The notes: a model not told the origin generated them from the sequence alone. Positions 24,058 to 61,200 are shown, counted from the stretch's first letter. The stretch: 64,000 nucleotides of DNA from Tubiluchus corallicola (GCA_030141605.1 JAQGDQ010000196.1:62001-126000); one strand, 5' to 3'. Made by a program: numbers and translations.

Positions 24058-24509
24058 AAGACGTCCCGTGTTGGTTCTCTCTGGTGATAGTACAATCAAA
24101 GACATCCCGTATTGGTTCTCTCTGGTGATAGTACAATCAAAGACATCTCGTGTTGGTTCTCTCTGGTGATAGTACAATCAAAGACATCCAGTGTTGGTTC
24201 TCTCTGGTGATAGTACAATCAAAGACATCCCGTGTTGGTTCTCTCTGGTGATAGTACAATCAAAGACATCGCGTGTTGGTTCTCTCTGGTGATAGTACAA
24301 TCAAAGACAGCCAGTGTTGGTTCTCTCTGGTGATAGTACAATCAAAGACAGCCAGTGTTGGTTCTCTCTGGTGATAGTACAATCAAAGACATCCCGTGTT
24401 GGTTCTCTCTGGTGATAGTACAATCAAAGACAGCCAGTGTTGGTTCTCTCTGGTGATAGTACAATCAAAGACAGCCAGTGTTGGTTCTCTCTGGTGATAG
24501 TACAATCAA
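24058..24509. repeat. 41-bp minisatellite x11
   Basis: aaagacatcccgtgttggttctctctggtgatagtacaatc. Confidence 0.95.
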
Positions 24510-24691
24510 GCCTCTTTATCTAACGCCTACTTCTGGGACTGCAAAGACTGGTATTCCGCGAGATCGGTATTATTACTAGGTGTATTAATACATACATGTC
24601 TATGCAAACATAGATGTTTTGTTTTGCCAAAAATGTGGGTGTTAAGCGAGATTGACATTACAATACGAGGCGTTATAACGAGGTTTTACTG
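24503..24691. mobile_element. Tigger/pogo-like MITE
   Basis: TA|CAATCAAGCCTCTTTATCTAACG ... CGTTATAACGAGGTTTTACTG|TA, imperfect TIRs. Confidence 0.55.
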
Positions 24692-25229
24692 TATTCAAAA
24701 TTCTTAACTCTTTTGCAGTGTCATCATTATTAGAGCACAGTTGACCTGTTACCATCCTAACACAAACGAAATCTCCATCAATAAAACACCATTATTTACA
24801 ACAATAATTTCTTAATATTATAAGCTAATAATTTCAATGGTATTTACAGATTAAAACCAAATGGTCCTACCTACTTTATGTATAAAAATTATGTATAAGT
24901 AAATATTACTTTAGTAATTTAATACAAAGGCTATTAAACCTGTTATATCAATTTCATTAAGATTTAAATTCGTGCTGCTTGAATTATTATAATTATTAAG
25001 AGGCGCACTTTTATTCTGTATTAAATATAGGAATTAATATAGCACAAAATTCATTGTACCAACTGCAGCGAATTTAAAACCTGTCTGAAATTTCATAGGC
25101 TTTTTGATAGCAGACTTATAAGGAGAAGTCGAAAAGTGTCACACATAATTGCGTATATTCCAACTAATAACTAATGGGACTAATGGACATTCTGATTTGC
25201 AAATCTCATAGCCTACAGGCTCAAAAATA

Positions 25230-25768
25230 TTAAAGGAAAAGCGGACGATTGTGTAAACATTAGTTCAGAATAAAGATTGCTTTAAAATATTGAAAACTAC
25301 AATAGCTTTTTTTAAATCAAAGCTCAGATTAAATAATAATTACCTCGGATACTCAAATTTTGTTAAACTTTCAAAGCTAAACGCGACTCAGTGAATCTAC
25401 GAAGATTGGCAACGGCGCCTTTTTGTCACGTGCACGTGGCCGACAAATAGAAGGCGGTACCCTGATAACCATAATTATGAACTGCAGTGTTAGTTTCTGA
25501 CGTCATATGACGTAGAGCCCATTTTCATAACATCACGCGTTTAACCAGTAGCACGTACGCCAAAGCACGCAAACGTGCTTTACGTGCAAGGGTTCGCCTG
25601 CCATTGAACAAGCTGTGGTAAGTTTGTGACGTAAGCAATAGCTGTATTCGGTAACTTTCTAAACTAATTACTCAAATATAAGACACAATTCCTAACTTTT
25701 ATACACAAGAAAATGTACAGTAAATTAAAATGAGATTGAGTCTGAACAATCGTCCGGTTCTCCTTTAA
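25230..25768 (+). mobile_element. MITE family B (TTAA-flanked, Kolobok-like)
   Basis: TIR TTAAAGGAAAAGCGGACGATTG / CAATCGTCCGGTTCTCCTTTAA; second copy 57535-58087. Confidence 0.8.
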
Positions 25769-25936
25769 CAAATCAAGTTTTTTGACTAGAACCACTAGTA
25801 ATCTTGTAAACAATGTAGTTAAGCTTTTCACTAACATTTTTGATAATTATACAAAAGCTGATTTTTCTCCGCTCGCACACAGAATTTAAACATTTCGTAA
25901 TTATATAAAATTAATTCAAATTTAAATTAAGTTCAG

Positions 25937-48769
<22,833 letters not shown>

Positions 48770-48879
48770 GTTTGACCACTGACCACTGTCCAACACGCTG
48801 AGAATTTACATCATCTGTACTCAGTGAGAAGTTAAACGAAGCCGAGCTCAACTAAATGCTTTGCTGCACATAAGACTAA

Positions 48880-48960
48880 TTTAGTCATAGTGTCAAAGGG
48901 CGGTAGATAAAGCTCGTCTCTGATTGGCTGGCGAGAGCAGCTCACTGCCAACCCAACAGT
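48880..48960 (-). promoter_or_regulatory. Probable Mnx proximal promoter with CCAAT box
   Basis: AGCCAATCAG on the minus strand at 48920-48929, about 150 bp upstream of the ATG, in unique sequence. Confidence 0.45.
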
Positions 48961-49190
48961 GATTACCGTCGTCCCCAATATGTGCAAAACAAAGTGGGTG
49001 CATTAAGTGAAGTGTCAATAAGAAATAATCATATTTCTGAGCAAAAATAAGCTCTAGGATTACCGAGTGTGTTTAATTAATCTATTTGTAGCTATCAAGG
49101 GTAACTGTGGTGTATTCGTTATGAGCTGGTGTTATATTAATGTCAGCTAGCGTTGTGAGTCCCGCCTTAAAGACAACCCGTCACACGCTT

Positions 49191-49663
49191 TTAAAGCAAA
49201 ACCAGGTTCAATCTTAAAACGTCAAAACAACCGTGTAAAATAGTGAAAAGAAACGTACTATTTTTTCAAAAATATCTTGCGTAAAAGAATTATTACCACA
49301 CAAACACAGTTTCGCGTTCGCGCCACTAATTCTTCGCAGTTACATGCATTTCGCCATTCGCTAGTTAGACGGGCACTAGCGCCTGCATTTCGGAAACTCA
49401 TTACACAAAAACAGGTATTGTACATCTCAGTTCAGATGCGTTAGTTTGTGACATACTACACATGTTCTACAACTCATGTGTGACCACAGCGGTAAATTTG
49501 AAATTTGAATTTTTTTGTTAAAATTTACCTAGTTTTAGTACAACACACTGAATATCTTACAGTAGCACTGCAACTTCACAAACTTCACAACGCTTTTACA
49601 AGCACGTGCAACGCGCTCGTGGAATATGTTTGCTGTTAAAAATTATGTTAGTTTATGATGTCA
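49191..49663 (-). mobile_element. MITE family A, truncated and inverted
   Basis: Reverse complement of the family A 3' portion, about 420 bp upstream of the Mnx ATG. Confidence 0.75.
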
Positions 49664-51004
49664 TGTTGCAAGGCAAAAAAGGTGGGGCACACCCAAACAC
49701 CGCCCCACCCAATACCTGACTATACTAATCACAAAATTGACTTGCGTCTATGATTTCAAACATAATAAAGCACTGTTTGCAATACTACAATACATTACCA
49801 AAAGCCTAGTAAAGCAGTTTTCAACAATACACAGTTGCAAATTATACATAAAAATTCCACATTACAGAAAAAGCACCGCAATGGTAAAAGTACCTAAACC
49901 TAAAGTTCACATAAAAATTACATTCCTATTTTAGTAGTGGGTGGAGAGAGGGTGGGTTTTCACATCCAGCGAAAGCGGGAAAATGAGTGATTTTCGACAC
50001 GATGACGGATGTCATTCGTTCAGTGATTGGTCGGTGAGAAACAATGAGCACGACCCTGGCGCGCATGCGCACGAAAATACGTTACAAAAACTCATTTAAT
50101 GCTGTTCTATCAATAGATGGACTTTTCTCACATTTTTTATTTAAAAAGCAGTGCAAAAACCTAAGTTGCAAAAATGTTAATTATGATTCATAAAGAATGA
50201 TGAGAGAGCTTTAAGAAATGTGTGTAGGAGTTTGTTTAAAGAAATTTTGGTCCCGGGAATTTTGGATTTGAATACCATAGGTGTCATAACAGTTCCAATA
50301 AAATTTTGTTGAAAAAGTACTTAATGTGCTTATTGTGAAAAATGCTCAAAGTATGCAACAACAAATTAGTTAATATAAAAATTTGCTTTACTTTCTTAAA
50401 TTTTAGTAGTTTGTCCGCATTTTGAACTAAGAATGATGAAAACACACTGTCATCTTACTGGGGGATTTGAACAAAATTTTGAAACCAAGATTCTAACTTT
50501 CTAAGACTTTGTAAGTTGAAAGGTCACCCAATTAGAAAGATTATAAGTACAATAAAGTTATTTTCACTTTCGGGTATTTAGAACAATTGTTTCGGGATAA
50601 CTGGAGCTGAAAATTTTCTACAGTACGTATAAGAAAACAGTTTTGTTCATGACTCGCTGATTGGGTATTTGCAATCCGGCAAAATTTGTTTGTTTCCTGC
50701 GCAAAAAGCAAACAAAATGGAATGAAACTCACAATAGTCGCTGAAACGGACAGGACGACTGGCGGAAGCAAAGCTTATTTCCTGGAATTTTCCTGTGTCA
50801 AAAGTTTGACCTACCATTTTTTTAATTAAGGGTGTCATGAAATGAATTTCGCACAATAAGTAACGATTGTATAAGACCGCAGAAAAAGCCAAAATTATAA
50901 GTGCGCGTCGTTTGTAACAAAATTAGCTGTTCTTAACGTGAGGTGACAGCAACTCCAGAGGTGGGAAGAGAGATTCCAAAAAATATTTTTAGATAAAAAC
51001 TTTT

Positions 51005-51120
51005 ATGTCAAACGTTTCAACTAGCTACTGCTGTCATATGGTAAATTTACAAACATACAACCAGTTTACATAGACAGAGCCCATAGTATAGAACATTATG
51101 CATTAATTAAGTATTTAACT
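51005..51120 (-). mobile_element. Penelope-like pseudo-LTR fragment (hammerhead core deleted)
   Basis: Shares ggtaaatttacaaacatacaaccagtt and gtatagaacattatgca with the other copies. Confidence 0.65.
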
Positions 51121-51361
51121 GTTAGTGATATTTTTTTATTATTTTATTATTTCTTATTATTTTACTCATAACCCAGTGTTTCACAGTTTTTCCTTCGTTC
51201 CAAGTTGTCATCTCTCACGACAATATGGCGCCTATCGTGCGGCCATTAGCGTGAAAATTTACATTTACGATTTTTTTAAATTGGCAAAACAAAGGTAACT
51301 TGTTAAACGTTACATGTGCGTCTGGTAAATAAAACTGAATCTGACTGCGTCATAGTAATAG

Positions 51362-51990
51362 TTAAAGGAAGACAGAATGATTTTTCTCATATTACCCCAT
51401 TTTTAAGTATGGTAAAAAGTATACATTTTTTAAAACACAATTGTTTGTTAAAACACAATTGTTACTGCTAAAGGGTTTTTAATAATTAAATAATAGATTA
51501 AAATCTTAATTAACGGCAAACCAGCCCAACTGTTGATGACATCACAAACTAACATAATTTTCGACAGCAAAAATATTCCACGAGCGTGTTGCACGTGTTT
51601 GCGGAAGCGAAAATTGAAGTACAGTGCAACTGTGAGACATTCAGTGTGTTATACTAAAACTAGGCAAGTTTCAAGATAAAAATTCAAATGTCAAATATAC
51701 CGTTGGCCTCACGCATGAGTTGTCGAATATGTGCAGTTCCTCACAAACTAACACATCTGAACTGAGAGGTACAGCACCCGTTTTTTCATCAACGTTTTTC
51801 GAAATGCAAGCGCCAGTGCAAGTCTAACAAACGAATGGTACAATGCATGTAACATTGAAGAACTAGTGGTGCGAACGTGAAATTGTGTTTGTGTGGTAAT
51901 AATTCTTTCACGTAAGTCATTTTTGAAAAATAGTGTTTTATTTTCAATATTTTAAGGAGCAGATTGTTTTGACCTACAGCTTTGCTTTAA
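51362..51990 (+). mobile_element. MITE family A
   Basis: Same termini and internal blocks. Confidence 0.8.
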
Positions 51991-52750
51991 TAATGGAAGG
52001 TTTTGCGTCTCATAACTGCTGTCTAGGGTTCCTTTTATAACCGAAAAAGCAACAGAAAAGCCTCAATGCTTAAAAAGGGGGCCTGTATTTCAAACACATC
52101 GGACGAGAAGAGGGTTATATTGAAATGATTTGATTTGATATTTTGTCACATTTCTATAAAATCATAAGCGTTAACAGCTAAATAGTTGAACAATAGTTGA
52201 CTATTTGTCACAAAAGTTCAAGTCAAAAAATTCATGTTTCTTCCTTCTGTGATTTTTGAATTGGTTTTTTTTCGGCGCTTGGAGCGGGGGTGGAATTTCA
52301 AAATCTTAGTGGTTAAGAACTTCTCAAGTAAATGCTGTAAACATCTTTATATTTACATAAACAAGACAAACAATAAACAATAACATTGTGAAAACATGCA
52401 ATACTCCTGGATAAATGTTGCTGTTTTCAATGTCAAAATTATATATTAATGATGGAATGAACGCACAATTATTAAATTTTGCAACAAAACTTGTCTAAAC
52501 AAAAAAATAAATTAAGGAAAATAGTAATAATTTGAGAGATAGAGTCTTGATTTGAACCTGGGGCTATTTGATTGTAATTCATGCTATCAGCTTTTTATTC
52601 CTGATAAAAATAAAATTCAATAGAATGTGTTATTACGTTTGAATATAATTACCAGCCAGCTAACTATGGCAAAAACAATATACAACCTGTAGCAACATTG
52701 GATTATCATTTTGCAAAAACTAAAAATTGTTGTTAACTGTTTACGTAATT

Positions 52751-53017
52751 AGGCTTGATATGTAATATATAATAATTATGTGTGTATGTATGTAATTAAG
52801 TATGTATTTAGGCCAGGAATGTAATATGCAATAATTATGTATATACGTATGTATGTATGTATGTAGTTAAGTATGTATATAGGCCTGATATGTAATATAC
52901 AATAATTACGTATATTCGTATATATTTATATGTGTAATTAAGTATGTATATAGGCCTGGTATGTAGTATACAATAATTGTGTATATATATGTATATATGT
53001 ATGTATGTATGTATGTA

Positions 53018-53052
<35 letters not shown>

Positions 53053-53127
53053 ATGTATGTATGTATGTATGTATGTATGTATGTATGTATGTATGTATGT
53101 ATGTATGTATGTATGTATGTATGTATG

Positions 53128-53158
<31 letters not shown>

Positions 53159-53200
53159 TTAAGATAGTATATAGGCCTGGTATGTAATATACAATAATTA
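52751..53200. repeat. Minisatellite with embedded, expanding (TATG)n
   Basis: Five aggcctggtatgtaatatacaataatt-like units separated by TATG-rich tracts of variable length. Confidence 0.85.
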
Positions 53201-56200
53201 TAGTATATTATCACTTTCACAACTGCTGTAGTAACAGTACATCAATATAAAATGAAGTTTGATAAACAACTATAACGCCCCAATTTTATAACAAAAATAC
53301 ATTTAGGAGTATAGAAACATAAATTTTTCCTACTCTAGATCATTTTCCGTTAACTAATTTTTTTACTTTTGCAAAATAAGAACAGATTAAGGACTTCTTT
53401 TCCCGAGCAACCGTCGTTATCTAACCCCGCCATCGACAAATAACGCAGCCAATTACCGACGATGGTTTTAATTAAGTGGATTATGTTTATTCTGATACAA
53501 TGTGGTGGAAAATTAAGGCGATTCACGGATGTAATGAAAATGTTAGCGGGAACAGAGCGAGACGCAAGTGGTACATATTACACAAATCAACAAGACCAAG
53601 CAAGCAGTTAATTAAAGATTGCTTTTAATCCTTGCGCCTTCTGTGCCACTTGATGACGTCATGCAACGCCCCTCTGTATGGCTTCAAATGAGCTGCGGCT
53701 GTCAGCACAGCGCGAATCCTGAAAAGAGCGTTGAAGCATAACCGATTTTGTTTGTCACCTGGCATTTGTCTGTGAAAAAACAAGTGTATTTTGTTTGCCA
53801 ACTAGGGTCAGCCAACAAAAATCGTAAATGTACCATGATCACTCAAAATACCAGAAAAGAACACAGTCAAATGAAAAAAGTGTTAGGATGTGCCATTATT
53901 TTTGTTATAGCGATTTGTTATTTCAAACCACCTTCGTATTTTTACCATTTTTGGCCAAATTAGTTTAAAATGTGATGACAAAAATATTCAATTGTAACAA
54001 CAATTCAGTTTATATTATTGTAAATTTGTTGCATATTTTTACAATCATCAACTTTCGTAAACAACAGATTATTTTCCTAACGTGGATTTACCATTGATTA
54101 AGTAAAGGCTTTAGCAAAGCAAGTTTAAGCCTGATTTTAGCATTATTAAAAATTTAACCAGTTTTGAACACTGCTAAACACCTTCTGCTTTTCCTTTATT
54201 TTGATTTTATTTATATTTATTTGTTTGCTTGCATTACGTACTTGTTTAATGTACGTGCATTAACTTAGATTCTTAGAACATTATTGGGATAAAGATTCAA
54301 TCAATAAATTATTCTAATGATTTCAGTAGCACTAATTATCGTAAACAATCAGTCACTATCAGCTTGAAGTCGGTAAGTGTTTAAATCGTAAATCAATCGC
54401 GCTATTTTGCAAAATCAATAATGTTACACGACTCGTTTTTATTTGGTCCTGAATGTGCGTGAAATTTTTTGCTTGAATGGGTTTCATTTCTGTTGTATTT
54501 GGTAAAGGAAAGATCAAGCCTTCTGGGAAGTTAGGCCGATTTCACTGTTCGCGACAAAATGTTAGAAAGATTTAGTAATAAAGGAATGCAATAGACGCCT
54601 CGCGTAATTAGTAAAATCACTTTAAAGTCTGGGTCATTTCGCGATTGGGCGCGCCCATTTTCATTGCCCTTTCATCCACCAATGACGTCATTCATCGACT
54701 GATGAAAAGTAGCACACTGTCAATTTCCGTCAAAAGTGTAATAAGTTTTTACAAAAAATTAGATAGATAATTTCGTAATATTTTTGCGCGGGCATTAGGT
54801 AAACTGCAGAAGTGTGATTTAGTTTAAGCAGTGCACGCTTACGGAAAGCCACGACGCGCTTACGAAAAGTCGCGTAGTCCACCAGTTACGTCACGTGAAT
54901 GGCAGCTACCACCGTGCTTGAAAATTTCTGCGTAGTATCAGTTAACTTTATGTTTTATAGACTGTTTTTGAAAATTTCTTTGTTATATTTTCTAAGTTTT
55001 AATAATAACAAGTAAAATAAATCAACATGCTGAGTGAATTGTCCTTAATCTCCTTTAATAGCGATCCAAAATAAGTCAATAACGACTTAATTTCACACAG
55101 TCACTTCATTCGTTGCTTATCATAGTTTTTTATAGAGAAGATCGGTTAAGCAGATCTTCTACGGCTTACGCTTCTCTCAACAGTAACAATGAGAAATCCA
55201 TATCTTTTTTACAAAACAGTAACCAAAGTTTAGAAAATAATAAATCAAGTTTTCAATCCTTTCTGATTATTTTTATGGCATCTGTTTTGTTGTTTTCTGA
55301 GCACTTTTGGTTAGATTTCTGATTTTTGGTTTAATACGAATTGCTCATAAATGCAACTTTCCAGCTAAAAGTCACCAGAAAACTAAATAAATTATTATGA
55401 TAAAGTTTTAAAAGAATTCATACTAATTCTGCGTGACGCTGCCCACTAGGGATACTCTTGTTGTCTTATTTTTTTATTTTTTAGCTATAAAAATCACACA
55501 TTATAATTACACCAAGTTAATTACTATATTTTATATATAAGATAGAAAAACGTCTGTTTCAACTGTAGAAAATCATGTAGAGAATGCCTGTCAGAAAAAC
55601 GAAAACTTCACAGATTCTTAATACTAGATGGCGCTAGCATACAGTCGTTTATGGCAAAAACTGGCGGTAGACAGAGAATGCTAATATAGACAATAAGCGT
55701 CGTGTGACTCGTGTCAGTGAAAATTCTTAAATATATTCCATTGCTAATGTTCGTAATGTTCACTTGTCTTGCATAATAAAGGACAAGAAAACACTTTACT
55801 TTCATAAAGCTAAGAAATCGTCTTGAAATTATGTATCACGTACTAAATTATGTGCAGTAGTCCGTACTGCATGTATCTAACATCTAACGAGTCTATTTTC
55901 GATGGATTTACTAACTGAATTACGAATTTCCTTTAGTGGTTTTAACGCTCTGGAGGACACCGAGAACTAGCCTGTACCAAGTCCAGGTGAGAGAAATTTA
56001 ATTTCATGATCAATGTTCGTAATCAGAATAAAGATTCGACGCTTTTAACATCTAAAATGTCTCATAATTGTAAAGTGAAGGCCACAACTCGAATCCACAG
56101 TGCGAACACCTATTCATACTGTGCTTATGATTTTTACAACATTGTTGAATCAGGTGATCTGAAATTTTAATTACCTACTATCACTATCAGTGCTAAGTTG

Positions 56201-57534
56201 GTGTTTAACAAGTGCCACTCCTACATTGGAAGGTCTACTGTCTAGCTGCTGACATCAACAATCAACATGTCCACTACACTAAGAATTGCTGTGGTTAGGC
56301 ACGTAGCCGGGGGTGGGGGTGGGGGTTGGCAGTGGGAGCCTTTCTTCGAATTTAAAAAAAATTATGCACATTATCATTTCTAACTGAAACCCATAATTTG
56401 CATACAGTGAAAGCAAATGTGGTCTACTTAACTTTGTAAAATGTGTGTTTTAAGTCACCTTGAAACCATTACGCCTACAAAAAGCGTCACCTTCTAGGAT
56501 GGTACCCAGTGCAACGACTGTACAATCAATTGTCTATTTAACGATGTGCCGCACAGCCGCCACTGCCATAGGGGCTGCCAACTACGTTTGTTTTTCTGGA
56601 CCCATGTCGGTACTGTACTTATACTTAAAGAGCAGGCATCGACATGGTTTCCTTTAAATGCTCTCTGAACGGAAGCCATAAGTCATACAGAAATGTTCAA
56701 TATATCGTTGGATTCGCACTGAAACGTAGGGTCTGATGCACTGCGTTAAAGTCGCGAACCGAGTTTCGTTTAGCCACAATACTGCAAAAAATAGAATTCC
56801 CGGTTATTTTATTTCCGCGATGTTTATAGTTTCTGAGATACGCATCTTTTTGGAATAACTCAAAAACTAGACAGTGCTACTTGACCGAATTTGGTGTACT
56901 TGTAGCTAGGATAGAGGGCCACCTTACTAAGTGCTTTGCGTGTGCTCCACATGTGTTTGCACATTAGATGTTTTCCAACATTTCGTGATGTACAAACCAA
57001 AAATAAGATAATAGGAATTGAGGACGCCATTAAGGAAAAAATAACAAACACTTTCCTACAGATTACAGGAAACTCTGGGTCAACCTCACAAATGGTAACT
57101 CCATCGAAAGCTGGATAGAAATGCAACAATTATAATACAAAAATAGGTAAATCTGAATTTGACTATAAGCACAATGGTGTTCAATGCGTGTAATAAAGAA
57201 TTAAATCAAACACAAAAAACAATTAAAATGCAACTGAACAATAACTTATTGCACAAAAATTAATAGAAAATAAAAACTGGAGAAAAATAAAATATTATTA
57301 GCAATGCATGTTTATAAAGCAACATGCTCAATCAAACCACTGCTACATATAATTATTGCATTCTTGAATTAGTTTAGGAAGAAACTCATATTTATTGATA
57401 CTATAATACAATACAGTAAGTATATCTAGCACCGTAGATACATGTACGTCTACTAATATGATATCTACCTCAATCACTTGACTCCTTAATTTCACTGGGT
57501 GGGTAATCAACAACAAAACTGTCTTCTAGTGGTT

Positions 57535-58087
57535 TTAAAGGAAATTTTGGATGATTGTATAAACATGAGTTAAGAATAAAGAATGCTCTAAAATATTGCA
57601 AACTACAATAGCTTATTTTAAATCAAAGCTTAGATTGAATAATAATTACCTCTGATAGTTAAATTTTGTTAGACTTTTTCGAAGCTACACGCGGCTCAGT
57701 GATTCTACTAAGACTGGCAATGGTGCATTTTTGTCACATGAGCGTGGCCAACAAATAGGCGCAGTACTGTGATAAGCATGATCATGAATTGCAGTGTTCA
57801 TCTGTGACGTCAGTATGACGTAGACCTCATTTTTTGACATCAGCATCTTATAGGAAGTTTTGCTTACGCAAACATGCTTGATGCGCAGGGAAGATGCACA
57901 CCATTGCAAAAACTGTGGTCAGTTTGTGACGTAAAGGATAACAGTGTTCGGTTGCATTTAATTAACTTTTCAAGGTGATTATGTAAATATTGGAAACAAT
58001 TGCTAAGTTGATAGGCAAGAAAATGTATAATTTTGACATTAAATCAAAATAATACTGAGTCTACCAAATCGTCCGGTTTGTCTTTAA
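57535..58087 (+). mobile_element. MITE family B
   Basis: Colinear with 25230-25768; ends AATCGTCCGGTTTGTCTTTAA. Confidence 0.8.
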
Positions 58088-58111
58088 TGATCATCCATTA
58101 TAATCTTTTAA

Positions 58112-58281
58112 TCACTTTTGACAATTTGCATTTTCTGGCCAATCGCAAAATTGCAATTCCTCATTGTAATGAAGTCCAGGCGGACAATCAAAAATGGTTG
58201 TGTGTCCATTCGAACATTTGATGAATTTTGTGCAGTCCGTTGGATGTGCGTGATTACCCTCAGCTTTGTCTTTACACCAGT
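58112..58281 (-). CDS. Terminal exon, chitin-binding CBM14 domain
   Basis: [56 protein letters not shown] then stop; six-Cys peritrophin-A pattern with CPxGLxY and CDWP. Confidence 0.92.
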
Positions 58282-61200
58282 CTGGCAAATCAGAAGAAAA
58301 ATTCCTGTAGTCACAGTAAATGTTAAGCTCTTCACAGAAGCTCTTCACATTCACGCACACCATCACATGCACGCACGCACGCACACACGCTGTCTGGCAT
58401 CGACAGTCTTCGTTTATGGCTTAACAAACATTATTGTTCAAGCTATGCATATGTCAGTCATAAAAGCAGAATTTTAACGCTGTTCCACTAAAGGAAATCA
58501 ATGTCTGTGACTTTACTACGGTCCTGGAATAACAGAAATGATCTAAACGTGCAATAATAATCGAATTTTGCATATTGATACCCAATTTCTTATTTTAAAA
58601 TTACATTTGTATTTTTAAAGAAAAATAAGCTGTTTGTCTATGTGTCTGTCTGTTTGTTTGTCTCACCGTCTTCAGTCCATCCGCCCGCCCATCTATTTAT
58701 GTGTCTATCTTTATTGCTATCTGTCTACCTATCTATTTTCCTATCCATCTATCATTCATCCATCCATCTATCCACCCATCCATCCATCCGTCCGTCCAGC
58801 CAGCCATCCGTCCGTCCATCCATCCATCCATCCATCCATCCATCCATCCATCCATCCATCCATCCATCCATCCATCCATCCATTCAACTACAGTATTAGC
58901 GTTTATAGATTGGATGAAATTCCTGACATTTCAGAAGCATACGAATTCCACCAATTTTTACATTTCAACGTTTCTACTTGTATTAAGATCAAATAAAGGA
59001 ATGCTTCAACTATGGTTGATAATGATAACGATAACGATAATGATAATAATTTGATGCTGTCTTTGTTTTTGTAATTATTTCAACAGAGAAATTAATGTAG
59101 TTAATTTATACCTTCAAGATCTCCAGGTGTTGTTGCAGATGTAGTTGGTGTTGTCGTCATGCAACCTGTAACCTGCATAATCATAGAGCAGATGACTTTA
59201 ACTAAATGACTAATGTACAAACAGGAACTACTGTTAATAAAATATTACTACGTTAAAGTTAATTTATTATCTTAAAACTTGCTATTATTGTTCAGCCGGG
59301 TAATTACACTGGCATAGACCTTCGTTTTGATAACTATGTACTACCACCTCGAAAGTTAGACATAACAGTAAACGGAAACCCAGTGCCAGATTAAGGCAGG
59401 AGCTTTTTGGGCTGCATCCCAGGGAGCTCCGCCAGCCGAGGGGTCGCTAGAGATTAAATGAAATTAATTTACTGTGAAAAGCTACTACAAAATGATTGTA
59501 GAAGCTTAGGAAAATATCTCTTTAGAAATGGCTTCGTTTATTAATGTACTGTACAATAATACACTCGAATTATTTTCTTGTCCATTATTCCAACTCATTG
59601 GAAATGCCACACCAGTAATTTATCTATTGCAATTTGTGCATATTACAATTCAAATTTAAGTCAATCATAATTATAATTAGTAGTAATTGCAATATATTTA
59701 AGTCCATTTTTTATTTCATGCACTTAAAACCATTTATAATTAAATCACTAGAATTTTATTAAAACTTTTAATCTACATTGTTAAAAATCATATCAAACAT
59801 TTAGACAGACCTACTGCTGTGATCAGCAGTGGTAATTTTTGACAAACATACAACCAGTTTATATAAGTAGAGCCTGTACTGTATAGAACATTATGCATTA
59901 ATTACGTACTTAATAGAAGCCAAATTGGTGATGATTAAGCAGAATTATAGAAAAGAAATTGATACATATTTAGAAAGAACACGTTTACTAGTCTGTATGC
60001 TGATTTTGAATCTTTCACCTGCAAACAATTCGAATGCAATCTTATTCAAACTCTAGTACATAGAGCATTTTCTATTTCTACAACCTAGCACAAATTTCAG
60101 AAGTTAGTACTATAAATTGTTTTTTTAATTTGTAGGTTAATTTCCTACATGGTTAATTGACTTAGTCATCAAAAACTATCTTGATGAAGAAAGAATTTGT
60201 GGAAATTTAGATATTTCGTCTAGAACTGGCAAAAAATTAAAAAATTCTCCTCAATCCAGCATTAATGACCATATTTGTGGCTCTGGCCTCAAAGCTGATT
60301 TTAATAATTTTAACATCGTGACCAGAACAACAAAGAACAGGGACTTATTAATGAAAGAAAGTTTATCTATGTACCCTAATAAGCCTTCTCTTAAATTATA
60401 AAGCAGCTCAATTCCTTTAACTCTATGTTCAAACACTTAGCTATTTGTTACTGTATCAGTTTATTTTCTCCAGGTCTGTTTAATCATTATCTAATTGGCT
60501 TTTAAAAAACACATAGTTAGCGCATAATTTACTGTAACAATTTCTTTTCTACTGGTCTGCTTATTCAATGCCTATTTGGCTTCTATTAAATACATAATTA
60601 GTTCTTTACTGTAGGCTCTGCCTGTATAAACTGCCTATTGGCTCTGCCAAAATTCATGGTTTTGTTGTCACTGGCGGGCCTGGGCATTACAGTATGAAAA
60701 ACTGACCCTGTTGAAGTTCATAAAATGAAATCTTGTTTTTAGAAAAAAAGTAGTTCGATTTAATAAAATTTTTATCTCATTTCAGCTGTCTTGCAGTAAC
60801 TTCAGTTCTCTCTAAAAAATCCCTAGACCGAGTGCTTATTTCGGACAGGGCGAGGCCCTAAGCTGTATAAAACCCTGAGACCATCTACCATTTGGTCACT
60901 AAAAACTTGAAAATATATAATTATGCCTTTCAATTATTAAATAACAATACAAATAATTTTGTAACTAAAATATTACTTTCTTACAAAAATGAGTATAAAA
61001 CCCAATCTCCGGACTCTTCTCTGAGTAGAAGCTGTAGCTTATGCCTAAATCTAGACTACTTTTCTAAATCTGATTTCATTCAGGACCGGCTCTAGATAGA
61101 TTGGGGACCTAGGCAAAAATATTTTTACCGTCCTATCCTCAAAGGCTTCCTTCCTGGGCGTTTCAAGACATTACGATGCCGACGGTGCCATCCAATCTCT

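Noticed and set aside
24058-24509. CRISPR-like regular array
   Set aside because: Units are contiguous with only point variation, there are no unique spacers or cas genes, and the context is eukaryotic
52751-53200. Repeat-spacer pattern resembling CRISPR
   Set aside because: The spacers are related TATG microsatellite tracts
58304-58310. Alternative acceptor for the CBM14 exon
   Set aside because: Wrong phase for the upstream linker exon; the acceptor before 58281 has a better pyrimidine tract and restores the frame
60872-60892. ACCCTGAGACC resembling the miR-125/lin-4 5' end
   Set aside because: Similarity ends after about 10 nt and no hairpin partner is evident
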